Shown piece after piece: positions 12,581-26,200 of a DNA stretch of 64,000 nt (position 1 is its first letter; every line of letters starts with the position of its first letter). The DNA is from Trichoplax adhaerens (taxonomy: Eukaryota > Animalia > Placozoa). The notes under the pieces are model-generated. The model saw only the letters and a program-made list of their open reading frames with translations, was not told the DNA's origin and ran no database searches. The stretch is from positions 1,028,731 to 1,092,730 of the forward strand of contig NW_002060943.1 of assembly GCF_000150275.1 (NCBI RefSeq), in the 5' to 3' direction. The position numbers and the translations under genes are program-made.

Positions 12581-12697
12581 AGTACTGTACAGTGTACAGT
12601 ACAATACAGTACAGTACATACCCTACAGTCAATCATCAGTACAGTACGGTACTGTACTGTACTGTACAGTACAATACAGTACATAATGTACTGTACC
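12581..12697. repeat. (ACAGT/ACTGT)n pentamer-rich tract that switches orientation
   Basis: tacagtacagtac...cagtacagtac-g-gtactgtactgtactgtacagtac, including 11-bp inverted arms at 12637-12659. Confidence 0.8.
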
Positions 12698-13120
12698 ACT
12701 CATTATTAGATTACTGTAGATTAAGTTAATAAGAAATAAAATATTCACAAAACCGCAACACATGTACTAGTATTGTAATTGCGAGCGTCCATGGAGACAT
12801 GATGTAGTTTTACAAAGTGCCAATGAAATTTGTTGAGTTCAGTTTGATCCCAGGACGGTGCTCACGAAGCCCTGTCGTAAACTAGTCTGTCGATCTGCGG
12901 AAGAATGTAAATTATCAACCTAATTAAGAGGTGGTCAGTTTATTTAAAGTGAAGGTAATAACGAAGCAAATGGCATTTAATCTACTCGTATTCTACTAGT
13001 GAACGACAATTCATGTTGCAATTTGGACCCATAATGATTGAGACTGATTGCGATACTCCACGATAGCTGCCGAACAAGCTATGCTAACTTTATTAACTGC
13101 TCTCTACTGCCGGGGACATG

Positions 13121-13777
13121 TACCTCTTTATTAAGTAATTAAATAATTAAAAAGTGCTAAGCACGGCATCTTAAAAACGGGAGGGTAAAGAATTTGTTGA
13201 GTATGCGGTGCAAGGGAGAGAGGCAAATACTGTTAAGAAGTCCCTGCTACTGAGCGGCTAATGATCTCAATATTATGCGACAGGTAAAATTGTGGCAATT
13301 TGCTCGTATTTGCCATCGTATTTTGCAGAAAATTTGCAAGCTTTTATACCTCTTTATTAATTAAATAATTAAAAAGTACTAAGCACAGTATCTTAAAGAT
13401 GGGAGGGTAAAGAATTTGTTGAGTATTACGGTGAAAGGGAGATAAATACTGTTAATAATACTGTTACTGAACGGCTAATGATCTCAAAAATTATGCGACA
13501 GGTAAAATTGTGGCAATTTTCTCATATTCACATTTTGCAGAAAATTTGCAAGCTTTTATACTTCTTTAATAATTCAATAATTAAAAAGTACTAAGCACAG
13601 CATGTTAAAGACGGGGAGGGTAAAGAATTTGTTGAGTATTGCGGTGCAAGGGTGAGAGATAAATACTGTTAAGAAGTCCCTGCTACTGAACGGCTAATGA
13701 TCTCAAAATTATGCGACAGGTAAAATTGTGGCAATTTGCTCGTATTCACCATCGCATTTTGCAGAAAATTTGCAAGC
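13121..13777. repeat. Tandem repeat, ~215-220-bp unit x3, high identity
   Basis: Anchor taattaaaaagt at 13144, 13366 and 13578. Shared blocks gggagggtaaagaatttgttgagtat, cggctaatgatctcaa, ttatgcgacaggtaaaattgtggcaattt and ttttgcagaaaatttgcaagc. Confidence 0.92.
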
Positions 13778-15729
13778 CAAAATGATCAATAAACTCATTG
13801 CTCTAGATTCTCTGGTATCGCTCATCTCCCCATACTGTATAACAGCCACTGCAGTTCATAGTCGCTATGTTACGGCCAAAGCCGGTAATGCAGCCCTTAC
13901 CGGTATTGGCTGGCCAGTTTTATACTATTTCCTTTAAATAAAATTTAAATTAAGTTCATAATTTTGTGGTCATGCAAGGCTTTTACAACGCTGCATTCAG
14001 TATGGCAATTATACATGCTCTATTGCCAGAAATAAATTATCCAAGTAGGCAGAAGTAGCCTTTGCAAAAAGATCTTGTTTTTCTAGACTTTTTCAGCCAT
14101 TTTAAAAATTTCTCATATAAAAACATACTGTACATCTATTAAATGTACAGGAATTAGGATGAAATTGGCGCTATACTGTATATAGCAGAAGAACCAGCTT
14201 GTGTGCTTATATTATTAGACTTTTAGACTTTGATAAAATACAAAGTCATACGAGTTTAATATCAGGGCTACAATTCTTTTGAAGCCTATCTAAATTGCGG
14301 TCTATAGTACTTGAAAGGGTATTAATCGTTTAAAAATTACCCTAAGAAATTGGAGTTAATGTGGTATGAGATCATATCTTCCCACAGTAAAGTTGTTATA
14401 TTGCGTATTGGAATAGGAGTATTGCAGTACCTTTCACTGCTAAACGTATGTATCTTGCAAGATTAGTTGAAACCAGAAAGCAATGCAACAATCGAATTAT
14501 TATGCTTTGATGATAATTTTATTAAATATGGGGGATTAGATGAGGCTAACTTGAAAAAAAAATACCTGCGTTATAGCATTTGCCAGCGAATAGGCATCGT
14601 AGGTATAAATATAGATGCGACCTGTACAGTATATTAATTGACATGAGGGAATTTGATAGTGTACGCAAATGGCGTATTGGATAGTAGGAGTATTTATGGA
14701 AGATTCCTCGCAAAGGTGTGCGTGTTCGTAATTTCTCTTCTTACTGAGGAGCTATTCGACTTCTAAAGATCATTTTCATTCACTTCAAGGAAGACTAAAA
14801 CTTGCTATAAACTCTGAGTAGAACGTGCGCGCTTCCACAGGAATTTAATTGAGTTACAACACTATTTATTCTCTTATTAGTTTGTTATTGTGTCGATAGG
14901 ATAAGATATTAATGGAAATACGTTTTTGATCGGCCAGTCCTCTAGTCGAATACTATGTTGCCTTGATATTATCAATACAAATGATAGCCATTACATAACA
15001 ATTTTGATAATAAATTCACTAGTAATATACTGTACAATGGTGTACTTGCTCCTGACGTGATGTCTAATCAGAATGAACATGGTGCAGAAAATAACAAAAA
15101 ATCTCTTTTCATTTGTCAATAAGATGGTTTAGTACTACAGTATCAAGCTACTACAATTACTCATTTAACGACTCAGCAGCCACTAGCTCGCATCATAAGC
15201 ACAATATACCACAAATTATGCCGGTGTATTATAATTATCGATGTCGAGACTCCTATACTACAGTATAATCATTTTTACCATGCTTCCACTAGAAATGTGG
15301 TTAAAATATTAGTCCATTAATAATTCGTTCTTTCGCTTGAGCCTAGATAGATGTATTGAATGAATTGGTTGAGCTCAACAGTAGCTCAATCTTAAAAAGC
15401 TTCTGGAGCGCATACTTTCAAAATGTTCACGAGATGTTCATTCTATTACATTGGGTTGAAACAGGACATAAGTTAGCAAAACGAAAATTGATCCTATGGT
15501 CCTTGACCTTATTCTTTTTAACGATGTCAGTGCATTTTCAACGAATATTGCCTAGATCATCCTATGCATTTGCTAATCTTCTCGAAACATGTTCGAATTG
15601 ACGTTATTTTGTCAAAATGCGTTAGCATGATGAAGACACGGATCCATTTTATTGCACGCGCAGGCGAAAAGTATCAATGTAGAGTAAGGATAGAAACTAT
15701 GTTGAACGCTGAATATCACGTTAAAGTGC

Positions 15730-15975
15730 CGTTATCGACAACTTTTACCTATTGCAATGTCGTCTACTTTGAATAGGCTATTACCCTCCATGTACTGTAC
15801 ACTGAAGCATGATTCAGTAAGCTTTAAATTGACTGTTGTATGGAGTTTAAAGATAGCGTTTAAGAATCGTTATTGACAACTTTTGCCTTTTGCTAGGTCA
15901 TGTACTCTGAATAGGCTAATATATCTACACTAATGAGTGATTAATTAAGCTTTAAATTGACTTTTGTATAGAGTC
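15730..15975. repeat. Diverged tandem duplication, ~138-bp period x2
   Basis: acaactttt at 15738 and 15876; gaataggcta and taagctttaaattgact both occur twice. Confidence 0.7.
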
Positions 15976-16699
15976 TACTTAATCATAGTACTACATTGCA
16001 ATTATTTACCCTTCCTTTATTCGTGATTACTGTACTGATTGTTTATTTGTTCAGTATGGATCGGACCTATCGATACTGGCGATTCTACTGTACTCTCTAC
16101 TGGTTAGCATCAAATATCTTCCTTTAACCCTATCACCACAACACTGATCGGCGTACTGCGGCTATTAGTTAATAATTTACGGCTAGTATGGCGCAACATA
16201 ACGGGCAGACTTACCAAAACTCGCCCGCACAGAATGCAACGCTTGCAATTTTATCTTCTTATTACTCGTATATATCAGTTTTTATATTCCTGTATTAGCC
16301 AGTAAAAAAATGAACAGAAATCATAACCGTCTATCTGTAATCATTTCATTACTCTCAAACTCGCTGAAGACATATTAATTTATACCAGAAAAAAAAAATA
16401 ACTACAAGATTATTCACTCTATCTTGTAATTCACTGATATTATTATTTGTCCTAATAGAAAACACCATTATGAATTATATTCAAGATGGTGTCAATGCAG
16501 AACAAGTAGTGTGTAATATTCATAAATTCCAACTATAACAATTACCTTGATCAAACTAATGTAAGGATGATGACATCACTAGCCTCTATTAACATTAATT
16601 CCGTATTGAATATGCAACCTGTTTACAGCTTTCACTCAATGTTCAATTTTTTCTCTGCATTGTTACAAGTCCTCTATTACCCTGCGGACTTTTACCTAC

Positions 16700-16740
16700 A
16701 TCCAATCATGGCAATTAACGTCACGGTTACCATGGCGAAC
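16700..16740 (+). promoter_or_regulatory. Candidate proximal promoter of the giant receptor gene: CCAAT box and RFX X-box-like motif
   Basis: ccaatca at 16702-16708, aacgtcac at 16717-16724 and GTTACCATGGCGAA at 16726-16739 (close to the X-box consensus GTTNCCATGGNAAC). It lies ~540 bp upstream of the ATG. Possible 5'UTR intron donors follow at ~16815 and ~16849. Confidence 0.45.
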
Positions 16741-17275
16741 AAGTCATTTGCATATAGGCGGCCGGATGACTGCGTGCTTTTTCTATCCAACATAAAAAAA
16801 TAAGCTATTAGACTGTAAGTAAAAAAGATATCGTCCAATTTTTACAAGGTAAGACTAACAGGATATAATTATAATTTAAGAAATCATTCTATTACTCCAC
16901 TTGAGCGTATAATCGATATTTCAAACTGATTAATAGACCATGGTCTTGTAAGCGATTAGATATTTTCTGATAATAAATCTAATAACTCTCCAACTAAACT
17001 ATTCTAGGATAGAAGAAAAACTAAAAGTTCAAAATCGACTTAGAAAAAAACTTGTCCTACGACAAGTGGCTATCTTTATTATTCAAGAATAGAATTGAAA
17101 GCTTACTCAGTCAAATTAATCAAGAAAAATCACTCTTTTTTATTCGGTTATTATCCATCTTGGATATTCAGTATCGACCACTGAACACACTGTCGTGGTA
17201 TCAGGCAGTTTTCAGTATTTTTAAACCTGACAAGTGCTATAAGCACGCATAATTAACCATTATACGATGTTAATA

Positions 17276-20200
17276 ATGGAAACGAAGAAATCCTTACTTG
17301 GTTTTTTCCTTTTACTTATTTTTCTACCCAATTTGACAAAAGGTAAGCGTATAACTAGAGTGTAGAAGAAATGGATTATTGCTGTTACGATATTACGATG
17401 ACCTATTTTTTAATAGCGATGCTATTTTGCGTTCAATTTTACTGCAGTGAATAGGAATGCTGCATTATCAGTGCTTGATGATACGTTTCCTCATACAATA
17501 CGTTAAACTTGTTCTTTTAATCAGTGATCTATTTAACTTACTTATCTAACTAGTTGGTCCATCTAGTCATGCGTTTTATAGAACTTTCCAGCATTAACGG
17601 AGTTATTTCCTCTTACAATTCTTAGAATACTCGTACTTTCGACAGTGCAATCTTTTTTCAAGCCTCTGCTATTTAGTGTAATAATCAGATTATCTACCTA
17701 CTTGTCAATTCGTTATAGAAAATTTTACGTAACGAATAGATATTATCCGCTAAGAAATAATTTATCAAACTTAAACGCCTATTGTAATTTGAAATTATTT
17801 GCTACCGTACAAATGCAAGTTATCCATTTCCATTCATTATAATCTTGAATAATCTTACATTTTTTTACTTGTACTGGCTGAAGAGATGTATTTTTTACCT
17901 TTCTAAGTTGTAATATGAACGCTACTAATTTTATTTTTATAGCCGCTTGTGTTTGCGATGTTGATTGTAATGGGCCAGGAAATGCTACTACATGTGGCAT
18001 TGGTCACTTCATGACACCGGCAGGATCATGTTATGAATGCAACCCCGGTTACTAGTAAGTAGTAATGAAGATTCTAGTTTGGTTAGAATATTAATTGACA
18101 AATATTTATGGTCAAAGGAGACAACTTGAAAGTTCTATTAACAACTCAAATAAATAAAACATAATCTACTAAGTTTTATAATGTTATAGAACAGTTAAAA
18201 AATTAATACCACCATGTGATTTTCTTTCCTTTCATGCAGTTGTACTGGAGGAACTGCTGCTCCACAATTGTGCTCATCAGGAACATATAATAACAAGACA
18301 AAACAAGACAGTTCAAGCTCATGCTTGGTAAGTAAAAGCTAACTTGTAAGCATATCTCTTATTCTTTTACGGTGAAACATACATTAATAAATATATACTA
18401 CACATTTTAATATATCAATATTTACACGACTTACGTTGACCATATCACTTCTTGATCATTAATACCATCTTGCATCATTTTTTCAGCTATGTCCTACTGG
18501 ATATAAATGCCCTAATGTTGACCGAAACCCTGAGTTGTGTACTGCAGGTACATATAATAATAAAACCGGTCAAATTAGTTGCACGACATGTCCACCCGGC
18601 TATAAATGTACCGATCCTGCCGATGCTCCTGTTGCTTGCGGAACGGGCTACTACAGTGAAGGTAACACAGCTTACTGTACACCGTGTCCAAGTGGAAAAT
18701 CATGCTCTATCCAAACAACATCCACTCCAAGTCAATGCTTAGCTGGTACATACGCTGCCAATGGCAGTGCATCATGTAGCGCTTGCACAAAAGGTCATGA
18801 ATGTCCTAACAACGAAATGTCACAACCAACTGCTTGTCAAGATGGCAATTATCAACCATCGACCGGTCAATCAGCTTGCATACCTTGCCCTGCTGGTTAT
18901 CACTGTACCGATAAAACTGTAGCAATGGCTTGCACAGCTGGACAATACAGTACCAATGGCAATATGACTTGTTTTACATGTCCAACTGGAACCTATAGTA
19001 CATCAGCCGCTGGTTCTTGCACTGCATGTCCAGCCGGTAAAGAGTGCTCTAATCCAGCTTTACCCCAAAATTGCGCATCAGGAACATACTCCCTTGGAGG
19101 TGCAACATCATGTACAACATGTCCAAATGGTCAGATCGCATTTAATAATCACACTGGTTGCCTAAATTGTGCACCTGGCTACGAATGTCCAACGCCGGGA
19201 GGAATTCAACAACCATGTCCATCAGGAACATATTCAAATGGCGGTGCTGTTAGCTGTACGATTTGTCCGGCTGGTCAATTCTGTTTTGATCCTAAAATTT
19301 CACCGCAAGGTTGTGCTGCAGGAACTTATTCGACGTCTGGTTCCACTAACTGTACAAAATGTCCAGCTGGTGCTACTTGTAGTAACACCGGTATATCAGG
19401 ATATTGTAATTCTGGTGAATACAGTTTAGAAAGTGCAAGTAGTTGTCAAACTTGTCCTGCAGGTTCTTATTGTCCAACTAAAACAGATGCACCTATCCCA
19501 TGCCCAGCTAAAACTTATTCGACAGCAGGTAAAACGTCATGTACTTCCCTTAATGCTAATGAGTATTTGCTAGGTGGTAGTCCAACTGCAACACCATCAT
19601 TGTGTCAATCGGGCTCAGTAGTATCGGATGATGCTACTAGTTGTCTACCGTGTTCATTGGGTTTTATGTGTCCTAATCCAAGTCAGAAACCTATTCCATG
19701 CCCACCGGGTTATTACCAAAATCAAGTCAATCAAACAAGCTGTATTGTCTGTCCTGCGGCGAAAGCATGTCCTGATAGAAGCACAATACCTCAAGATTGT
19801 CCAGACGGTACATATAGCGAAGGAGGAAGCACAATATGCCATGTTTGTCCACCTGGTAGAGTTTGTGTTGATAAAGGAAACTTTAGCAAAGCTATAATAT
19901 GTACACCAGGAACTTACGCACTTGCTCAAGCGACTGGTGCTTCTTGCACGGCTTGTAGTGCCGGTTCATACTGTCCTAGAACTACCGACAACACTGAACT
20001 TGCGTGTCCTCCAGGTACTTATTCATTAGGTAACCAAGCAAATTGTACTGTATGCCCTGCAGGTAAAGCTTGTCCTAACCCAGATGGCTCAGGAATTGTC
20101 GATTGTCAAGCAGGAGAGTACAGTGAAGATGGAGCATCAGCTTGTACGCAATGTCCTGCTGGTACCATGTGCTTATCCATTAATGGTACTAATAACTTTG

Positions 20201-23200
20201 CATGTCCAAGTGGATTTTATGCATTAGCTGGAGCAACAAGCTGTATACCATGTCCACCAGGATATTACTGCCCATATACTGATCAAGATCAAGTACTTCC
20301 ATGTACACCTGGTCATTACTCACACGGCAATGCAACTGAATGTACGTTATGTCCATCTGGTTATGCATGTCCAGACACAGCTGTTTCCGTTACAAATAAC
20401 ACAATTTTCAAATGTCCTGAAGGACAATATTCACTCGGCGGTCAAACAGAATGTAGCCTATGTCCAGCAGGTAGTAAATGTCCATCTATTTATAGCGGAA
20501 TCGAAACATGTCCACCTGGATTCTTTAGTCTTGGAAATTCAGTCAATTGCACAGCTTGCTATGCTGGCTGGCAATGTAACAATCCCGCAATACCTGTAGG
20601 TTGTCCACCCGGTACGTATTCTACCGGACAATCAACTGCTTGTTTACAGTGCGATCGAGGCTTTATATGCCCAGAAAAATCCAGTTCTCCAAGACCAGAA
20701 GGAACGGAATGCCCTACAGGTGGCTACTGTGACGGTCTTCGATTTTATCCTTGTCCAGCTGGTACATATCAACCATACAATCAGACGGAATCGATAAAAG
20801 AATGCGTTACTTGTCCTGAAGGTTATTATTGCGAAGGCCCTGGTGATAGTAGTTACAGTACAGTCTGTCCAATTGGTTACTTCTGTCCTCCTGGTACAAC
20901 ATTTGCCCACCGATTTCCGTGCCCAGGTGGCAAGTTTGGAAATGAAACACAACAAACCACTGAAACTGCAGCATGCCATGCATGTCCTGAAGGATATTTC
21001 TGTCCTGAAGGTGCTACTGGAGGTACGATATGTCCAGCAGGCTACTACTGTCCAGGTGGTAGTTTTGTCGGAACTCAATATGCTTGTCCAGTAGGAACGT
21101 ATAGCAATACAACTGGATTAAGCGATCCATCAGTATGTATTACTTGTCCAACTGGTCATTATTGTCCCGGTGGAGTGAATAGCAAACCATCAACAGCACC
21201 AGTTGCATGCCCACCAGGAACATTTAATCCAGATAATGGCACAGGACATCTTATCAATTGCTTGCCTTGCCCGCCAGGATATGCTTGTATTAATTCAGGT
21301 CAAACAACCTATTATTTAACTTGCATTGAAGGCCATTATTGTCCAAATGGTACAATTGCACAAAATCAATATCCTTGCATGCCTGGTACTTACTCCGGAA
21401 AGACCAATTTAACGGCAGCTTCAGAATGCGATATCTGTCCTGAAAGGTATTTCTGTGGATGGGGAACAACGGGTACAATAGGAAGTGCAACAGGTCCAAA
21501 ACCATGTCGAGCTGGCTATTACTGTCCATTAGGAACTCCGTTGCCTGATTCATTCCCATGCAATGAAGGAACTTACAATCCGTATTATAACTTATCCACT
21601 GCAAATGAATGCTTACAATGTCCAGAAGGCAGTTACTGTATTGGTGGACAAGCAAGTCCAACTGGGTTATGTTCACCTGGATTCTATTGCCCTAACGGTA
21701 CCAAATATGTCGAGCAGTATGCCTGTCCAAATGGTACCTACAACGGTGACTACGGAGCAAAATCAGTCGCTGATTGTAACGATTGTACTCAAGGTCACTA
21801 TTGTGAAAGAGCTGCTATTAAGCCAGAAGAGTGTTGGGAAGGATACTATATGCCTTATGGTGTTAATGCAACAGGTTACTTAATTGGTACAGCAGCAAAA
21901 GGATCCTCCGATTGTATACCATGTCCAAGTGGTTATCGATGCCCAAATGCTACTATCGATCCAATCTCTTGCGGAATATCGTATTATTCAGAAAATGGAA
22001 CTTCCATCTGCTTAGCATGTAAGCGAGGCCATTATTGTGATGATACTCAAACAACCGAATCTAATATGTTAACGAATAAAAAGTGTCCAGCTGGTAAACT
22101 ATGCGGTATTGGATTAAGCTCTGTTTCACAAGCAACCAATTGTAGCATAGGTTATTATTGTCCAGAAGCAACATTAGAAGAAATCCCATGTCCGGTAGGA
22201 ACTTATAATCCCGACAAAGGAGGAAGTAGTCTTGCTAGTTGTTTACCTTGTCCGGCAGGATATTATTGCTTAGCAGCCTCCTCAACAACAACTGGTCTTT
22301 GCGATCCTGGATATTTTTGCCCTACAAATATATCGAATACTCATCTCGGTATCCTTATTGGTTCTTATGGTCCCAAGCAAGAACCATGCCCTCCAAGGAC
22401 ACATTCACTTACATACGGTGGAAAAACTGCAGATGATTGTCCAGGCTGTCCAGGTGGATATTATTGTGAACCTGGTACTAATAACCCAGTAGAATGTCCA
22501 AAAGGTTATTATTGCAAACCAGGGTCAGATAAGCCAGATCCATGTCCTCTGGGAAGTTATGGTAATACCACCCTTCTTGTTTATTCTGAAAATTGTACAC
22601 GCTGCGACCCAGGTTGGTTCTGCGATACCCGTGGATTAATGACACCTACAGGCAAATGTGATGCTGGTTATGTTTGTTACCGTGGAGCTACTACATCAAC
22701 ACCCACTGATGGAGTAACAGGAGAAATATGTCCAACTGGTGGCTACTGTATCACAGGTACTGGAAGTCCATTGCCTTGTCCACCTGGTACCTTCAGCAAT
22801 GTCTCTGGAGCTGTCGATCAATCTGGTTGTACTGCATGCACACCTGGATATTATTGCTCACAAACAAGTCGACCAGAGCCAACTGGACCATGCGATGGTG
22901 GATTCTACTGTAATGGAAGCGCTGTTGTTTCAAAACAACACATAACAGATCCTGGACATTACGCACCAGCTGGATCTGCTGGACAATATCAGTGTCCAGC
23001 AGGTACCTACATGCCACTGCATAATGCATCTATTTGTTGGAGTTGTAAAGCTGGATACTTTTGTCCGGTGGTCGGAATGACAGAACCTATCACTTGTCCA
23101 GCAGGTGCATATTGCCCAACAGGAACTTTTGAACCCAAAGATTGTCCAGCTGGTACATTTTCAAACACTACTCATCTAACCAGTCAGTCAGAATGTATTA

Positions 23201-26200
23201 CCTGCTTCAGAGGTCAGTATTGTCATACAGGTGGTTTGACTGAGCCAAGTGGATACTGTGATGCAGGTTATGTTTGCAATGCCGGAGCTCGTTCACCAGA
23301 TCCCGCCTATGTTAGTGGACAAGTTGAATATGGTGATTTATGTCCTGCAGGTCATTATTGTGAGTCGGGTGCATTATATGCTGTGCCTTGTCCACTCGGT
23401 ACTTACCTTGAAATACGCGGTAAAGGCTCTAAATCCGATTGTAGATCGTGCCCACCAGGTTATTACTGCGCCCCAGAAGGACAAGTAAATGCAACTGGCC
23501 TTTGCAATGAAGGTTATTACTGTATAGCCAATGCTACCTCTGCTACACCTACTGACAAAGTAACTGGAGATATCTGTCCTATTGGACATTACTGCATTGC
23601 TGGATCCACAACCTTTAAAGTATGCGAGGCTGGAACTTATGCGAATAGTACAGGACAAGCAATTTGCGATGACTGCCCGATAGGTTATAAATGTCCTTAT
23701 GGAACAGCTCAACCTGAAATATGTCCAAAAGGATTCGCTTGCGCTGCAAAAACTGGTAGTACACCAGATGAATGCAACTTCGGAACGTTTAGCAATGTCA
23801 CAGGATTATCCTCTATTACCCAATGTCAATCATGTCCAGCTGGATACTATTGTGCAACGAAAGGATTAGCTGCACCAACTGGTAAATGTACTGCCGGCTT
23901 TTATTGTCTACCAGGTTCGAGAACAGCACAACCAAAAGATATCAGCGAAGGGACAGGTGGACCCTGTCCTAAAGGAAATTACTGTCCAGAAGGTAGCGCA
24001 GCTCCCGTACCATGCCCACCAGGACGTTATAGTGGAGCTGATCACTTGACAGCAGAAACCGATTGTTTTGTATGCCCTGCAGGATCCTACTGTGATGGAA
24101 GTGATCCTACCAAAGTTACTGGAGCATGTAGTGATGGCTATTATTGCAATGCTGGATCAGGCAGTACAACACCCAATAGAACTGATTGGGGCGCAATATG
24201 TCCGACTGGTTCTAAATGTACTAATGGATTCAGACAAGATTGTCCTTCTGGTACTTATCAAAACACGACTGGAAAGACAACTTGTGTTGACTGTCCAGCA
24301 GGATTTTATTGCCTCCAAGGTAGTAATGAACCTGTAACATGCCCTGCTGGTTATTGGTGTGGTCTTAAAACTACGACAGTGAATGAAAATCCATGTCCTA
24401 TTGGCACTTATAATAATATTACTGGAACAATATCAGTAGCAGCTTGTCTTGCTTGCACTCCTGGCTACTATTGTGATCTTCCAGGACAAACCTATCCAAA
24501 AGATCAATGCGATGGCGGATGGTATTGTAGTAGTGGTGCAACGGTTGCTAGACCAACTGTAGCATCAGAAGGTGGTCAATGTAGATCGGGTTATTACTGT
24601 CCAAAAGGAAGCACAGCAGAAATACCTTGTACAGCTGGCATGTATTGTAGTAGTGTTGGATTAGTAGCTCCTGAAGGCAACTGTTCAGCAGGTTATTATT
24701 GTACATTACAGGCTAACACACCAGCGCCAAGTAGTGTTGTCCAAGGTGGCAATATCTGTCCAATGGGTAAATATTGCCCACTTGGTAGTGTTGCTGGGTT
24801 AGATTGTCCAATAGGTCGATTTGGCAATACAACCGGCAATACAGCTATAACCGACTGCCATCTTTGTTCACATGGACATTATTGTGCAACACCTGGCTTA
24901 ACAAAACCAAGCGGCTCATGTAATCCTGGCTATTATTGCCCTCCAAGTCAAACATCACCATCACCTTCAAGTTACATTTGCCCGGCAGGTAGTTATTGTA
25001 TCTCTGGAAGTACTGAACCAGTTAATTGTCCTTCTGGCTATTATCAAGATGAAATAGGCCAAGGAAGTTGTAAAGTCTGCTGGGAAGGGTATTTCTGCGA
25101 TAACTCTCACGTTATCGGTAAATTTGTATATGGAAATAGTTCATGCCCTGCTGGTCATTATTGCCCTAATGGTACCAAATTCGCTGTACAATATCCTTGT
25201 CCAGTTGGTACTTATAGTGATAAAGAAAACTTAATTGAAGTCAGTCAATGTCAACCTTGCCCAGCTGGATATTACTGTCCTGTACCCGGTGCTACTAATT
25301 ATACCCTGAAGTGTAGTGGTGGTTACTTTTGTAAATCTGGAGCCAAAACTGCAACACCAACACAAGGCTCAGATGCTGATGTCTGTCCTGCAGGATTTTA
25401 CTGTCCTGAAGGCGCAATGCAACCAAAACAATGTCCACTTGGTACCTATAGCCCAACCACTGGAATCACTGCGGAAAGCGATTGCCTCAATTGTACAATA
25501 GGCAATTATTGTGGTGAATTAAATCTCACAAGTCCTAGCGGTAAATGTCAGGCCGGCTACTATTGCCCGTGGAAGTCAGATAGATTTGATATGCAAGCAT
25601 GTCCTGTTGGACATTATTGCCCTGAAGGGACATTGGAACCGGTAAAATGTCCATCCGGAACTTTCTCCAATACTACTATACTGAAAACAAGTAATGATTG
25701 TACAGTATGTACACCTGGTTACTATTGTGGCTCGACTGGACTTACACAGCCAACCGGTAAATGCAATGCTGGCTATTACTGCCCTGCTGGATCTAATACT
25801 TCACAACCTTCCGCCTACACTTGCCCAATTGGTGCTTTCTGTCTTGAAGGCAGCGCTAATCCAACATATTGTGCCAACTCAACATGGCAAAATACTACCA
25901 AATCATCTAGTTGTAATACCTGTGAAGCTGGATATTACTGCATAGAAAGTCATCAACCTCGCTCTTGCCCTGAAGGCTACTATTGTCCCGCTGGTACAGG
26001 AAACGACTGGAAATCATGTCCACGTGGTACTTATAGTTCTATTTCGGGATTGCATGATATCTCTCAATGTAAGCCGTGCGATGCAGGCAAATATTGCAAT
26101 CAGGAGCATGCAACAGCACCTACAGGCGATTGTTATGCCGGTTATTACTGTTCATCCGGCTCAGATAGGCCAAATCCAAGTGGTGACAACATAACAACAA

